Positions 11,855 through 25,142 of a DNA stretch of 64,000 nt are shown piece after piece; the first letter of the stretch is position 1; each line of letters starts with the position of its first letter. A program made the translations under genes and the position numbers. The notes beneath the pieces were generated by a model. It did no database searches. It was not told where the DNA came from and saw only the letters and a list, made by a program, of their open reading frames with translations. Location of the stretch: the NCBI GenBank assembly GCA_050613775.1, contig JBODTK010000014.1:434001-498000 (forward strand). The letters are read 5' to 3'. Origin of the DNA: Neocallimastix sp. 'constans' (lineage: Eukaryota).

Positions 11855-14345
11855 TTGTGTCGTTTTACTTCAGTTGAAAAATTTGATATCATTGCTCCTA
11901 TTGTGGAAGACCAAGATATGGAAATGATTGCCTGTTATATTAGATATATTGGACCTAATAAAAGTATTAATACATTAGGAATGTTTTTGACAGATAACGG
12001 AGATTCATATTTAGAAAAAAAAGAACGTATAAATAAAAGTACTGATGAATCTTCCATTAAAGAGAAAGATGTAATGTTTCCTTTAGAATATATTCATTCT
12101 ACTAAGTTTTATTCAAAATTAGATCCAAAAGTTAGAAATGAAATAATAGAAATTTTAGTTGTATATATTGATGTTATTTCTACTTCAACTGATGAACTTA
12201 CACCTTCCAAATTAAATCTTCATCATATTGAACTTATTAAGAACGCATAACCATTTAAAAGCAAATTTTATAAATTAAATAAAATTAAGTCGGATATACT
12301 TAAGGAAGAGTTGATTAAACTTATTAATCAGGGGTTAATTGAGCACTCTAAATCTTCCTGGTCTTCTCCTATTGTGTTAGTACTAAAGAAAAATGGAAAA
12401 TGGAGATTGTGTTCTGACTACCGTAAGCTAAATGCTATAACAGTACCAGATTCTTATTCTCTTCCTAATATTGATGAAATTTTTGACAGTCTAGGAGGTG
12501 CGAAAATTTTCTCAACTCTGGATCTCTTCTCAGGTTATCATCAAATTAGAATGGACGAAGATAGTATCGGCTTAACATGTTTTACCACTAAATTTGGTAA
12601 TTTCGTCTACAATGTTATGCCCTTTGGACTTACTGGTGCTCCAGCTACTCAAATGAATCGGATTCTCTTTGATTTATTGGGTAAATGTGTATTTGTTTTT
12701 ATTGATGACATTTTAATATTTTCTAAATCAAAAGAATATCACTTAAAACATTTAAACATGGTATTTGAAGTATTCAGAAAATATGAAATAAAAATCAATA
12801 TTGAAAAATGTTCCTTTTTCCCAGAAGAAGTTGAAGTTTTAGGTCATATAGTTACTAATAAAGGTTAATGCTGTTAAAAACTGGATTAGACCTTGCAATA
12901 TTAATGAATTACGATCTTTCCTGGGTACTGTTGGATATTATAGAAAATTTATAAATAATTTCGCTATGTTAGCCGCTCCCTTAAATAAACTTTTGAGAAA
13001 GAATGTTTCATTTACATGGACAGAAGTACAACAATCTAGTTTTGATAAATTAAAAAATTCTATTATTCAGACTCCTATCTTAGCTTTTCCCGATTATAAT
13101 GAGCAATTTATAATTAAAACTGATGCTTCAAAAGATGGGTTAGGTGGAGTATTATTACAAATAAATGAAGAAGATGGACTTGAACATCCTGTTCATTTTG
13201 TTAGTAGAACGATAGAAAAAGCCGAAAAAAATTATAGTATCACAGATTTAGAAGGTACTGCGGTATATTTCTATGCAAAAAAAATTTAAATCTTATATTT
13301 CTGGGAATAAATTTGAGACGCAACCACTTACAGACCATAAACCTCTAGTTGGTTTATTTAATAATAAAGAGCCTAATAATATGAGGCATAAGAAAAATTC
13401 TCATGCAGATGCTCTCTCAAGAATTAAGTCAAATAATCAAAATATTAATGAAAATAAGAATACTATAGAAATATCTAATAAAAGGGAAGTATCATCTCAG
13501 GAGGGAAAGAATAAGGACTTAGAAAATAAGGACAATGAGAAACCAGAAAATAAAGATATTAAGAAATTTATATAAAAATGAAAATTTAAAAAATTCTAAT
13601 ATAAAATTTCAAAAATTAATTTAGACAAAAAAATTAAAAATTTCAAAATTATTTCTAATTTAAAAATTTCGAGGGAAAAAGCAAGGTATATAGAAGATCC
13701 AAAAATCATGGAATATTCTAAAAATTTAACAAATCCTAGATCTATTTGACGTATATGTTAAATTTACTGTTACTTATCATCCAGAATCTAACGGCTTAAC
13801 AGAAAATAGAAATCGAGAAATCGGAAAATTACTAAGACTACTGGGAAATAAATAAAGAGAATGGGATATGCTTTTACCTTCTGCTTTATGGGCTTTAAGA
13901 ACTTCAAAAAGTTCAGTAACGAAATATTCCAGTTTTGAACTTGTTTACGGTAGAAAAGATCAACAACCATTCGAATTATCCACAACCTTACCTACCACTT
14001 ATGTTCAAAGAACTTAAGAAGAAAAGTTAATTGAAAAATTTATAGACCACTATAAATGGGTTATAGATGCTTGTAATAATATCATTAAAAATAATAAATA
14101 TTAGGAAACTAAAAGAGAAGAAGAAACAAGTTTTAATAAACAAAATGAAATAAAAATAGGCGATTTAATTAAAGTAAGGAACTTTTCGAGATATAAATTA
14201 GACCCTTATTTTGTTGGACCTTATCAAGTAGTTAAAAAGAAATTTAATACAGTTCAATTAATGGATCCTACCACACATACATGCTTAGAACGACCAGTAC
14301 ATATTAAAAATATTACCAAGTATAATACAATTAAGGTAGAGTTGT
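11855..14345 (+). pseudogene. pol: Degenerate Ty3/gypsy pol (RT, RNase H, partial integrase), related to element C
   Basis: SPIVLVLKKNGKWRLCSDYRKLN, LDLFSGYHQI, MPFGL, FIDDILIFS, TDASKDGLGGVLLQ, YHPESNG and PYFVGPY; many stops and frameshifts. Confidence 0.92.
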
Positions 14346-14363
14346 ATCTTAAGGTGGGACGAA

Positions 14364-14904
14364 TGATATAAAATAAAAATATTCAAACCTTAATTAATAT
14401 AAAATAATTTTTAATATTCAAACATAAATTAACGTCATAAATCAAATTTAAATCTAATGATTTTATAACAATATGTGGCTTGATTTCTATAGATTAATTA
14501 TATTTATAAATAATAATAAATTTTATAGTATAAATCAATGCTTTAATTATATTCTTACTATTTTATATTTATATTTATATAGTTATTAAATATTTCCTTA
14601 AATAATAATTATTAATAGTTTATTTTAATCACAAGAACAATTAATTAAATAGTTAACTATAACTAAATGACATAAAAATAAAGCATTTCTCTGAATTAAG
14701 AGAAGTGTTAAGTGTTAAATTAAGTTATGTCGTGTTTAGTAATGTTAAGTTAGTTTGTAATTAAAAGTATAAGAAAGTTGTTAAATAGCTCTTTAAATAT
14801 ATGCAATTTTTAAATAAAATCAATTAAAGAAATAAACTAATAAACTAATAAATTTAATAAATAAATCCCAACAAAAGTACATAGAACTTTTGAGTTGTAT
14901 ATCA
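14364..14904 (+). mobile_element. 3' LTR of the 11855-14345 gypsy relic (541 bp)
   Basis: AAGGTGGGACGAA purine tract then TGATATA; ends TATATCA (7-bp inverted repeat). Confidence 0.7.
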
Positions 14905-15444
14905 TAAATTAATAATTTAATTTGTGAAAATTAAGTTTTAAATTTTAATCATGACTTTTTTAATATTGTTTTTAAATTGAAAATAAATAAAGATTTTACT
15001 TATAATATTAAAATAATAAATAGATAATAAATGTCCTTAATTTAAATTATTTAGAATTTAGTTTAATTAATAATTATATTTTTCTAAATTTAGCTATATT
15101 TTATAAATTTATTATTTAATAAATTTTATTAGGATAGTTTTATATTATAATATATATAATTTAAATAAAATAATATATTATTAATGTATTTAGGAAAAGT
15201 ATAAATAGAAGATTTTTTTTCGATGTAATTATTATTAACTATTATTAATTATTAAATATTAAGAAAGAAGATTTTTAATAAAAAATTAATAAAACAAAAA
15301 TTTATCCTAAAGTTATTGTAATCTATTTTAGTGCTTGTTTTATAATACCTATGTGATTCCGAATCAGAAAGCAAAGCTGAATACGTTCGTTGAAGAAATC
15401 TTAGAATCATTAATGATAGTGGTAATGATAGTGATAGTGATAGT

Positions 15445-15742
15445 GATACCTATTTTTCATGTATCTTTACTGGAACCGTACTATATAAATGAATTTGCTA
15501 ATAGAAATAATAGGAAAAGAAAGAATACTAAGTTAACTATCGATACCATTAATAAGGTTCCTGAAATAATTATTGATATGAGGACATATAGGAAAAAATT
15601 GTTTCCTCGTATCTTGGAAAGGCCTTAATTCTGTTGAAGATTCTTGGATCGATGAGGATCAAATTAATGATAGACAACTAATTCAAGAATATTATCGTAT
15701 ATCTAAAAGGAATAGACCAAATGAGGTTGATGATGGTGATTA
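15445..15742 (+). pseudogene. Chromovirus integrase tail with chromodomain
   Basis: PIFHVSLLEPY, then after a frameshift FLVSWKGLNSVEDSWIDEDQINDRQLIQEYY (chromodomain). Confidence 0.85.
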
Positions 15743-15851
15743 AGATTTTAATAAAGAAAACATTAGGCATAAATATCAACCATTTGTAATTGATATTCCT
15801 TCTCGGAGATTGAACTTTCAGTTCGCAGGAGCTCAACTTGAAAGGCGAGAA

Positions 15852-16614
15852 TGTAAAGTTTTAATAAAATCTTTAATAAGTAATTATATAATAATTAATG
15901 TAAAACAATACATAAATTTATGATTCAATTTTATTAAAATTTATTATAATTTATGTAAATTCTTCAAAAGGATAAATTATTATATAAATAATTTTGGATA
16001 ATAAATTAAATCTAAATAATTTACTTAAGTTAGTCAATTTAGTTTAGTTTATTTAATTTAGTTATTTTATTTAACTTAGTTAATTAGTTTAGTTAGTTTA
16101 AAATACTTCAAAATTAATTTTGGAGTAGTTTTAAATAGTTAAAATTAGTTTAAATAATTTATAAAAATAGTTTTGATTTGTAAATATATAAACATTAGTA
16201 TTAATAATATTTATATAATAAATAAATAATAAATGAGCTCTTATTGAATTTAGTTATTATTGTAAATAAATTGAAAGTTTATTGAATTAATAATTGTTTA
16301 TTTTTAGATAGTTGTTATTTAATAAAATTATTAATATATATTTTGTTTATAAATAAATAGTAATATATGTAAATTAGATAGGAATAATATATTATAATGT
16401 AGTCAAGAAAAAATATAAATACGTGTAAATATTATTATTTAAATCGATATATCAGTTATTGACTATTATATAGTTTATAACAAAGGAGATCTAAATATCA
16501 ACAATTAATAAAGATTAAATTTAAGAGGAAAGAAATTTTTTTTGTGCTTTATTTTAAAAAAATTTTTGTGTTTATTTAGTTATTTGTAATCTGTTTTATA
16601 ACAAACCTTTTACA
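15852..16614 (+). mobile_element. 3' LTR of the chromovirus relic
   Basis: Purine tract GAAAGGCGAGAA then TGTAAAG; ends CTTTTACA. Confidence 0.65.
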
Positions 16615-16619
16615 GTAAA

Positions 16620-17493
16620 CGTTCAAGAAATTTAAGTAATTTAAGTAATCATAGTAGTGTTAATAGTTTTAATAATGGCGTTGAACAACAAATTAAAGTT
16701 AATCACTTTGGTAGTCCAAAAGTTTCATATTCCCCTCCAAATTCTGCATATAATTCACCAAACTTACAATATTCTGTAATTAGTCTTACCCTTCCATATA
16801 AAAATGCTTCAGGAAATCAAGCTCCACCAAATCCACCACCACAGCAACCACTTCCTCAATCACAACAGCAACAAATTATGGAAAGAAATCGTTATCTTGT
16901 AGAATTAGTTCAAGAATATCAAACAAATATTGATCAAATCCAACTTGATTACAACAGTAAAATATTTCAGTTAAAGGAGCTTGAAGAAAAATAAGATCAA
17001 AATTTGAAGAAAATCAAAATCAAAATATGTATAAACAAACTTTGGAAGCAAAAGATTCAAAAATCGCTAAATTAGAAGAAGAAATTGTTATGTCCTTAAC
17101 TCGAAAGATGATCATAGTTGATATTATAAATCACTTGAATTCTACTCAAAAGAAGTTAAATAATTATAAACAAGAAAATGAATTCCTTCATCAACGTATA
17201 AAGAAAATGACGGATGACGAAGATAATCTTAAGAAATCTATGAACCAAGCTAAGACCACCTTATAAAACCAAATAAATTTTAATTGAACAAGTTAATCAA
17301 TCCAAAATAGAATGAAGATGGCTGATCAATTAAAAATTGCTATTGGTGATAAGGGTTCAATATATTATACTTCATTAGCTGTGAACAAATTATTGAAGTA
17401 GAAAAAGAGAATGAACGTTTATATCAAAAGAAAAATGAATTAAAGGGTCAATTAAAAATTCTTAACAACCAAACTGATATTAAAAGCATTTAA
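16620..17493 (+). pseudogene. Decayed intronless fragment of a Pro/Gln-rich plus coiled-coil protein gene
   Basis: Reads ...SPKVSYSPPNSAYNSP...QAPPNPPPQQPLPQSQQQQIMERNRYLVELVQEYQ..., then coiled-coil heptads with stops and frameshifts; no start codon or splice sites seen. Confidence 0.55.
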
Positions 17494-18288
17494 ATTTTTT
17501 AAATTAAAAAATAAAATAAATAAATAAATAAAATAAAGTATTAAAAATAAAAAGTTAAAAGAATTAAAAAAGGAATATTCAATTAGAAAATATAACTTAA
17601 TTTAATAAAATAAATTAGTCAATAAGAATACGATTTATACATAAGAATAATATTTTATATATTCAATTACAAATATATAAAATAATTTATTTTAATATAA
17701 TAGATTTAATATTATATAATTTATTTATTATATATTAATAATTTATAAAATAGAAAAAAAAAATATATATATATATATATTTCAAAATTATTAAATATCT
17801 AATAATTAAAAATTAAAAAAAAAAAAAAAAAAAAAAAAATTCATTTCATTCATAATGCATTATTTAAAATTAATACCCCATATAGACTTTTTCAAGAGAA
17901 AAAAAAAAAGGTTTTTTAATGCATTAAAATAAATAAATAAATATAATATGTTTTTTTTTAATTTTTTTTTTTATTTATTTTTATTTTTAAAATTAGAGCA
18001 AAAATAAAATAATTTACAAATATATAATTTATAATGTATACAATTAAAAAGTAAAAATAAAATATATAATAAAATTATATAAATAGTAATGAATCAATTA
18101 AATTTTGTTTAAATTATAATATTTTGTTTATTTTGTTTTGATATATATACAATGCTTATTAAGATATTTATGAAGAAATTAATTATAATAATTTTAACAT
18201 TAATATTATTCATATATTATTTTTAGTAAGATATTAATTATCTCAAAAAAAAAAAATAAAGTTTTTTTTTTTAGTGATTTGACTTTTA

Positions 18289-18984
18289 TTATTGTTCTTC
18301 AGATGGTTGTTCTTGATGTTGAGTATTAGTTTCCTGTTGATCTTGTGAATTTTGTGCAGTATTAGGATCTCCTGTTAAATATACCCAAGGTCTTCTATCC
18401 ATTGGACAGGCTTGATTACTTGATTCAGTTTGAAGCCATTTTATCATACAATGTAAATGAAAACAATGTCTACATTGACCCCACACTTTATAGTTTATAA
18501 ATTAATTCAATATTTTATGTTAAGTTATTTATTAATTTATTTAAATTTACATATAATATATATATTTTTTATTTTTTAAAAAAGTCTGCATATTACTACC
18601 TAATGGACAATCATCTCCTGGAATTTTACAGGATGGGCAGCATCTATCAAATTGATTTCTACATATACCGCAAACATCATCCTCATCAGTTACAGCCCAT
18701 TTCCATAAAGCTACACTTGACCAGCTTTTTATTTATTTATTAATTGTATTTTTTAATAAATAATTAGTTTAAACATAATATATATATTTATAATGTAAAA
18801 ACATTAAAAAAAACGATTATTATTTTACCCTATATTCAAGAAATTTATTTTAAATATTCATAAAAAATAGAATTGTTTTTTAAAATATTTTAAATTATTA
18901 GAATATATTTATATAACAAAAAAAAATAGCCATTATATATAATTATTTTTTTTTCTCAATTTTACTATTTAATTTAATTTTCAT
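18289..18984 (-). CDS. APC11: Anaphase-promoting complex subunit 11 (RING-H2); exons 18984-18966, 18829, 18724-18600, 18485-18289
   Basis: Spliced product [66 protein letters not shown]...CPMDR; all introns are GT-AG only if the 1-nt exon is used. Confidence 0.95.
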
Positions 18985-19685
18985 TTTGAAAATTGGATAT
19001 AAATTTTGAAATTAAAAATTTAAATATAAAATTTTTTATAAAAAATAAACATAAAAATAGAAATACTTATTTTAAATATATTTTATTTATTTATTGTTTA
19101 AATAATATATTAATATCAATAATATCAAATAAATAAATAAATAAATAAATTTTGTTTATTAAAATTTTAGGAAAGTTGATTTTTTGTTATTTATTCAATA
19201 CTTCATTAATAAATTGTTATTTAAAAAATAAATAATTCAGATTTTCTAGAATAAGTCTATATTTTATAACAGATTATAATAGAATTTCAATTTATAGGTA
19301 ACTATTAAGAAATTATCTTTTTATATTATTAATAATAATATTAACAATAAATTATATATATTATATAAATATATATATATTTATATATATAATTTAAATA
19401 ATAAAAATATAATCATTTTTTAAAACAGTAAAAAGTAATTTCTTCATATGACATAATTTGATGTTCAGAAAAAAGCTCATCCTCAAATCAATAGAATTAT
19501 TAAAATTTATTCAGTAGCCTGAAAAAAAAAGGAAGGATAATTACTACTATTTATTTAATGTTTTATGAAATAAAGATATAACAAAAATAGTTTTTATTTA
19601 GTATTTGGTAATTCTTCAGTGTTGTATTAGCATTATCTTAAACTGATGTGATTGCAAAGGATTAATTAATTTCTTTCACATTATT

Positions 19686-19741
<56 letters not shown>

Positions 19742-19768
19742 ATATTACTACTAATAATAATAATAATG

Positions 19769-19811
<43 letters not shown>

Positions 19812-20422
19812 TTTTTATATTACAAAAGTCAAAATCTCTTCTATAGCTATTAAATTATTACTTTTTAGTTCTAAAATTCTTATTTGAATATTTGAATTAT
19901 TTTAACTGTTCTTTAAATAAACGAAGAATATCATTTATTCTTAAATACTTTAACTGACTACACATCAATAAGAATAAACAATTGACAATTTAAAAGGAAA
20001 AGTTTTTCTATGAAAATTTACAGAGTTTGATATTTTAAAAATAATATATTTTATCAAGCAAACAAACAGACAGACAAAAAAAAACAAAGTTATAAGCTAT
20101 ATAGATTTTATTTATATAAATATAAATATATTTATTTTTATTTTTTACTTTATTAATGAATAATTATAAAACTTGTATTTAAATTCAAATCAAAATCAAA
20201 AATACATATTCATACATAAATATATATATATATATAAAAGAAAAAAAAAGGATTTGTATGAAAATAAAAAATAAAAAGTGGAATATTAAATAAAATAAAT
20301 ATATATATATTGTTTATTATTATTATTAGTTTTTTTTATTTATAATATTCATTAAATTAAATTTTTATAAACTTTTTTTTTATCATTATTATAATTATAA
20401 ATTTTATAAGTAAAATAAAATA

Positions 20423-20453
<31 letters not shown>

Positions 20454-21081
20454 AAAAAAAAAGGATATATTGATTTATTATTATTATTATTATTTAGTAA
20501 TATATATATGGAATTCAATTAGAAAAAAAAAGAAAAAAATAATATATATATATATCATATATATATTTGCAATTATTATAATTATTATGAATAAATAACG
20601 GATATAAAATACATATAAATAAATATATATATATATAAATTTTTTGGTTTATATTTTCTTAATTTTGACTAACTACTTTCTTTTTTATTTTTATTTTTAT
20701 TTGTTTTTGTTTTATGCATTTTTTTTTTCTTTATTGTATATTTTATCATCTTAATAGGGGTCATTATGATTATTATTCTAATTTAATATTAATAATTAGA
20801 ATATTTTATTAAATTTGAATTTAATAAAAATATTTAATAATTAGTTATTATTTAAAAAAATTATTTTTTAAAAAAATAAAAAATAAAATATTCATATTAT
20901 TATGCTTTTATTATATAAAATAATTTACCTCTATATATATATCTTATTATTTATTTATTTATCTATTTAATTATTTTATGGATGGTATGTTAATTCCATT
21001 TTTTTGTGAGAGATAACATATATATATATATATTTAAATATATATATAATAGAATAAAATAAAAAAGTAATATTGAATTAT

Positions 21082-22559
21082 TTAATCTTCTAATTTAATG
21101 TTATTTGCTTCTTCTTTTACATCAACAACGTCATCTTTAGATTTTAAATGTTCTGCTAATATTTTATTCATTTGGAACATATGAACTCTCTTAGTTTTAA
21201 AGATGGAAAATAGATTATCATCACAGAGAATGTAACGTTTATCACTTTCATCTTGTAATTTTTTTTCTTTAATATATTCCCATATCTGTTTCACTACCTG
21301 AGGTCTGGGTAGTTCTGTTTGATTATTAAGAAAACTGGAAAGTACTGGACTCAATAGCATAGGCTTATTAAATCCATTATTAGGGGCTGCCTTTTTAGGT
21401 TTATCAGCTTTGGAAGCTTTGCCTCTACCACCAGCTTTCTTTCTGGCAGCTTTCTTTTCTTTTTCAGCTTTTTCTTCTTCTTCTGTTTTTTCCTTTTTAC
21501 AGGAAGTTCCATCCAATTTTGTTAAGTGATCATTTAGTAATTTATTCATTGAAAATCCTGAAAATCTATCTACACCAAATACATTCTTTAATTTACTGTC
21601 ACTTAGTATAAAACGTTTGTCAGCTGGATCTTGTAAATCATTTTCTTTAATATAGGCCCATAAGTTTTTAACAATTTCTGTTCTTGACATTTGCTCTGCC
21701 CCTAAGAATTTTCCAAGTTTTTCACTTAATATCAGTGGAGCATTTAAACCTCCTGATCCTGGTTTTCTCTTTGTTTTTTTAGCTTTAGCTTTTGTTTTAG
21801 TTTTAGTTTTACGTTTTCTTTTATCTCCTGCTTTAACTGCTTTATTTACATCATCATAAACATCACTATCAACACTATCACTGTTCATTTCTTCTTCTGA
21901 TGAAACTAAGTTGGTATGATTAATACCATCTGATTTTGAATTTTTAATGGAATCAACATATTCATCATCTGATAATCCATAAGATTTTTCTTCTATTTAT
22001 TGAATTTTTATTATCAAAATTTTATTAATATAAAATATTTTAGCATTATATATATTAAATTATAAATATTGATATCAGAATGAATAATTATAACAAAATT
22101 TTTATAATATATTTATATATATATTGTTTAAATGGTATAGCATAATATTTGAATATTAATATTGAATAAGTACGATAAGTATTAATGATTAAATATTAAG
22201 CATATAAACATGATTGATATTATTGTAAAATCATATTCTTATTATTCATTAAACTATTGTTTTAAATATAATATCATAATATTGTAATTCAATATTAAAA
22301 AATATATAAATATATTTTTACCTGTACCTTCTTCTTCACTTTCTTCTTCTTCACTTTGTTCTGTCACTTCATCGTATATTCTTCTAATTAAATCATTAAT
22401 TGCTTTTTTTTCTTCTTTTGTTGAAAAATGAACGTTAAAATCATTTTCTAATTGTTTTCTTATTAACTTTGTTGTAATAGTTGCTAGATCAATATCATCT
22501 TTTTGTAATAATTGCCGTATTTGACCTGAATAAAGTGCTGGATATTCTGAAACTGACAT
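21082..22559 (-). CDS. DEK-C plus two SWIB/MDM2 domain protein (UAF30/TRI1/spp27-like); exons 22559-22322 and 21992-21082
   Basis: N-terminal DLATITTKLIRKQLE (DEK-C); two SWIB repeats (LSEKL...RTEIVKNLWAYIKENDLQDP and LSPVL...RPQVVKQIWEYIKEKKLQD); GT-AG intron in frame. Confidence 0.9.
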
Positions 22560-23652
22560 AATTATTCGTCTTTTTTTTTTTTTTTTTTATCTTTAAAGAA
22601 TTATATACGTGTTTATATATATTTGAAAATAATTATAATACTATAAAAAAGAATAATAGTAGTAATAATTATAAATAATAAAAAATAAAATATATTTTCT
22701 ATTCTTTATAATGGATGATACGTCTCAAGATAAAATAAAAAAAAAAATTTTTTTTAATAAAAATTATTTTTATTATATATATTATATTTCAATGACTATA
22801 TTTCAAGGTATAATTATTTATTAATCTAAAAGAAATAAATGTATTTAATTTTCTTTTAAACAAAGTGAAATAGTGTAATATAAAATATATAAATATTTAA
22901 AGTAAATCAATAAATGAATAAATATAATTTATTTTTAACTTTTATTATTAATTTAAAAACTTTGATATGACTTTATAATTATTTTTTTAATAAATTATTA
23001 TTTAAAATAAAATTAAAATTTTTATAATTTATTTTTAATTTTCTTTTCTTTTTTTTTTTTTTTTTTTCTAAAAAAAAATAAATTATTTTTATAAATTTAA
23101 TTTTATCTTTAATAAAAAAGAATATAATAGCAAAATATAAAAGTCACAATAAAAATAAATATATAAATTATATAAAATTATATAAATGAAAAATATTTAA
23201 AAAAACAATAATAAAATATATAAAAGAAAAAAATATAAATTATAAATTGATATAATAAAGTCAATATATATTAATATAATAAATAATAAATAATAAATAA
23301 TAAATAATAAATAATAAATAATAAATAATAAATAATAAATAATAAATAATAAATAATAAATATAATAAATAATTAAATAATAAATAATAAATAATAAATA
23401 AATAATAAATAATAAATAATAAATAATAAATATTAAATATTAAATATTAAATATTAAATAATAAATATTAAAATTTTAATTAATTATTTATTTATTTTAA
23501 TTTATTAATACTTATTATATATGAATGTAATGTATTGATTTTGTATTAAAATGTATCAATAACGTATTAAATTTTTATTTTTTTTATTTTTTTTTTAGCA
23601 ATTAATTAGAATATTTAAGATTTGAATTTTATATGAAAAGATTAGATTTAAC

Positions 23653-23840
23653 CTAAAAGAAGTTAGGAACTGGAGAGGCACCTCGAGAAAAAATCTTACT
23701 AGAAAATTCCAAGCAATAATATGCATGTCAAAGTACCAATGCTGAACACTCAGTAATGCCATCTAACGGAGACAATATCCGCCTATACGAAAGCATACCT
23801 CAACACTCCCATGTCTTGCTAAAGGGCGGTACACAATGGC
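23653..23840 (-). ncRNA. Unidentified structured element, copy 1 (candidate ncRNA)
   Basis: GC-rich island in AT-rich intergenic DNA; nested stems GCCATT/GATGGC and CCGCC/GGCGG; alignable to 54538-54750; no conserved reading frame. Strand inferred from G-U pairs and splice-like signals. Confidence 0.4.
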
Positions 23841-24289
23841 AAAAAAAAAAAACTAATAGAAAAGGATTTTATTTATATTATTCATTGTTTTTCTTATTTA
23901 TCCTTTACTGAATTTCATTTTTTATTTTGAATATTGCTAAATAATTCTTATTTTTTATTTTATTAATATATATAAATAATTATTATACAATTTTATTAAA
24001 CTATTCCAATTAATTAAATAATTAACTATATAAATGAATAATGAATAATAATTAAATAAATGAATGGATGAATAAAAATAACTAAATAAATTAAAATATT
24101 TTTGTAGTAAATTTATATTTTTTTATATTTATTAAAATTATTAATATTTTTAAATTTTTCATAAGGAAGAAAAAAAGTTTAAAATAGTTTAAAAGGAAAT
24201 ATTCAAATATTTTATTATAATTTTTTTTTATTATTTTAAAAATTAAATAAAAAAGGCTACTCTTTATTTTTTAAAAGAAAAGGAATTTG

Positions 24290-24335
<46 letters not shown>

Positions 24336-24487
24336 AATAATTAAAAAGAAATAGTATAGAATAGAATATATATTATTATATTTTTACTATATAAAAATAT
24401 TTAAATCTATTTATAAAAAAACAAAAATATTTAATTCAATTATAGTATTTATTTATTAAAGGAAAAAAAAAAATAAATTAGTTATTC

Positions 24488-24812
24488 ATGATGAATGAAT
24501 TAGAAAATGAATTTCCCGAGTAAGATTTAATTTAAAATATAATAAATAATATTATTTAATAATTTAAAAATAATTATAAAGTAATTTAAATATATATTAA
24601 AAAATAATTAATAAAATCTAATATTAATATGAATTATAATTGTTTTTAATTTTTTAATATTTATCCTTTACATATATTGTATTTAAAGATTAAACAATAC
24701 TTCAGGTGTTATTGATATTAATGAAGGTTATTATTATTATTCATATACAAATTCAATGGAAATATTTTATTATTTTTTTTTTCAAAATTATAATAATAAT
24801 AGTAGTAATAAC

Positions 24813-24845
<33 letters not shown>

Positions 24846-25090
24846 CTTGTATTATTAATGAAATCTCATTTATTATATATAATACTTTTTAAAATGAATT
24901 TCATTATTAAATTTTGTTTTATCCTAATTAGTTCAAGAAGGTGATGAATTATTTGCACTATTAACCCTTGCATTCTTGTTTTGTTCTCAATTTGGAGTTT
25001 TAGCTTGGAAAAAGGTTAATGCAAAATTTAATATTTATCAATTTTAATCAATTTATAATATAATATTGAGGACATTATATTGATTTTTCA

Positions 25091-25142
<52 letters not shown>

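Noticed and set aside
19440..20040. Slightly less AT-rich patch upstream of APC11
   Set aside because: No sustained frame or recognisable motif.
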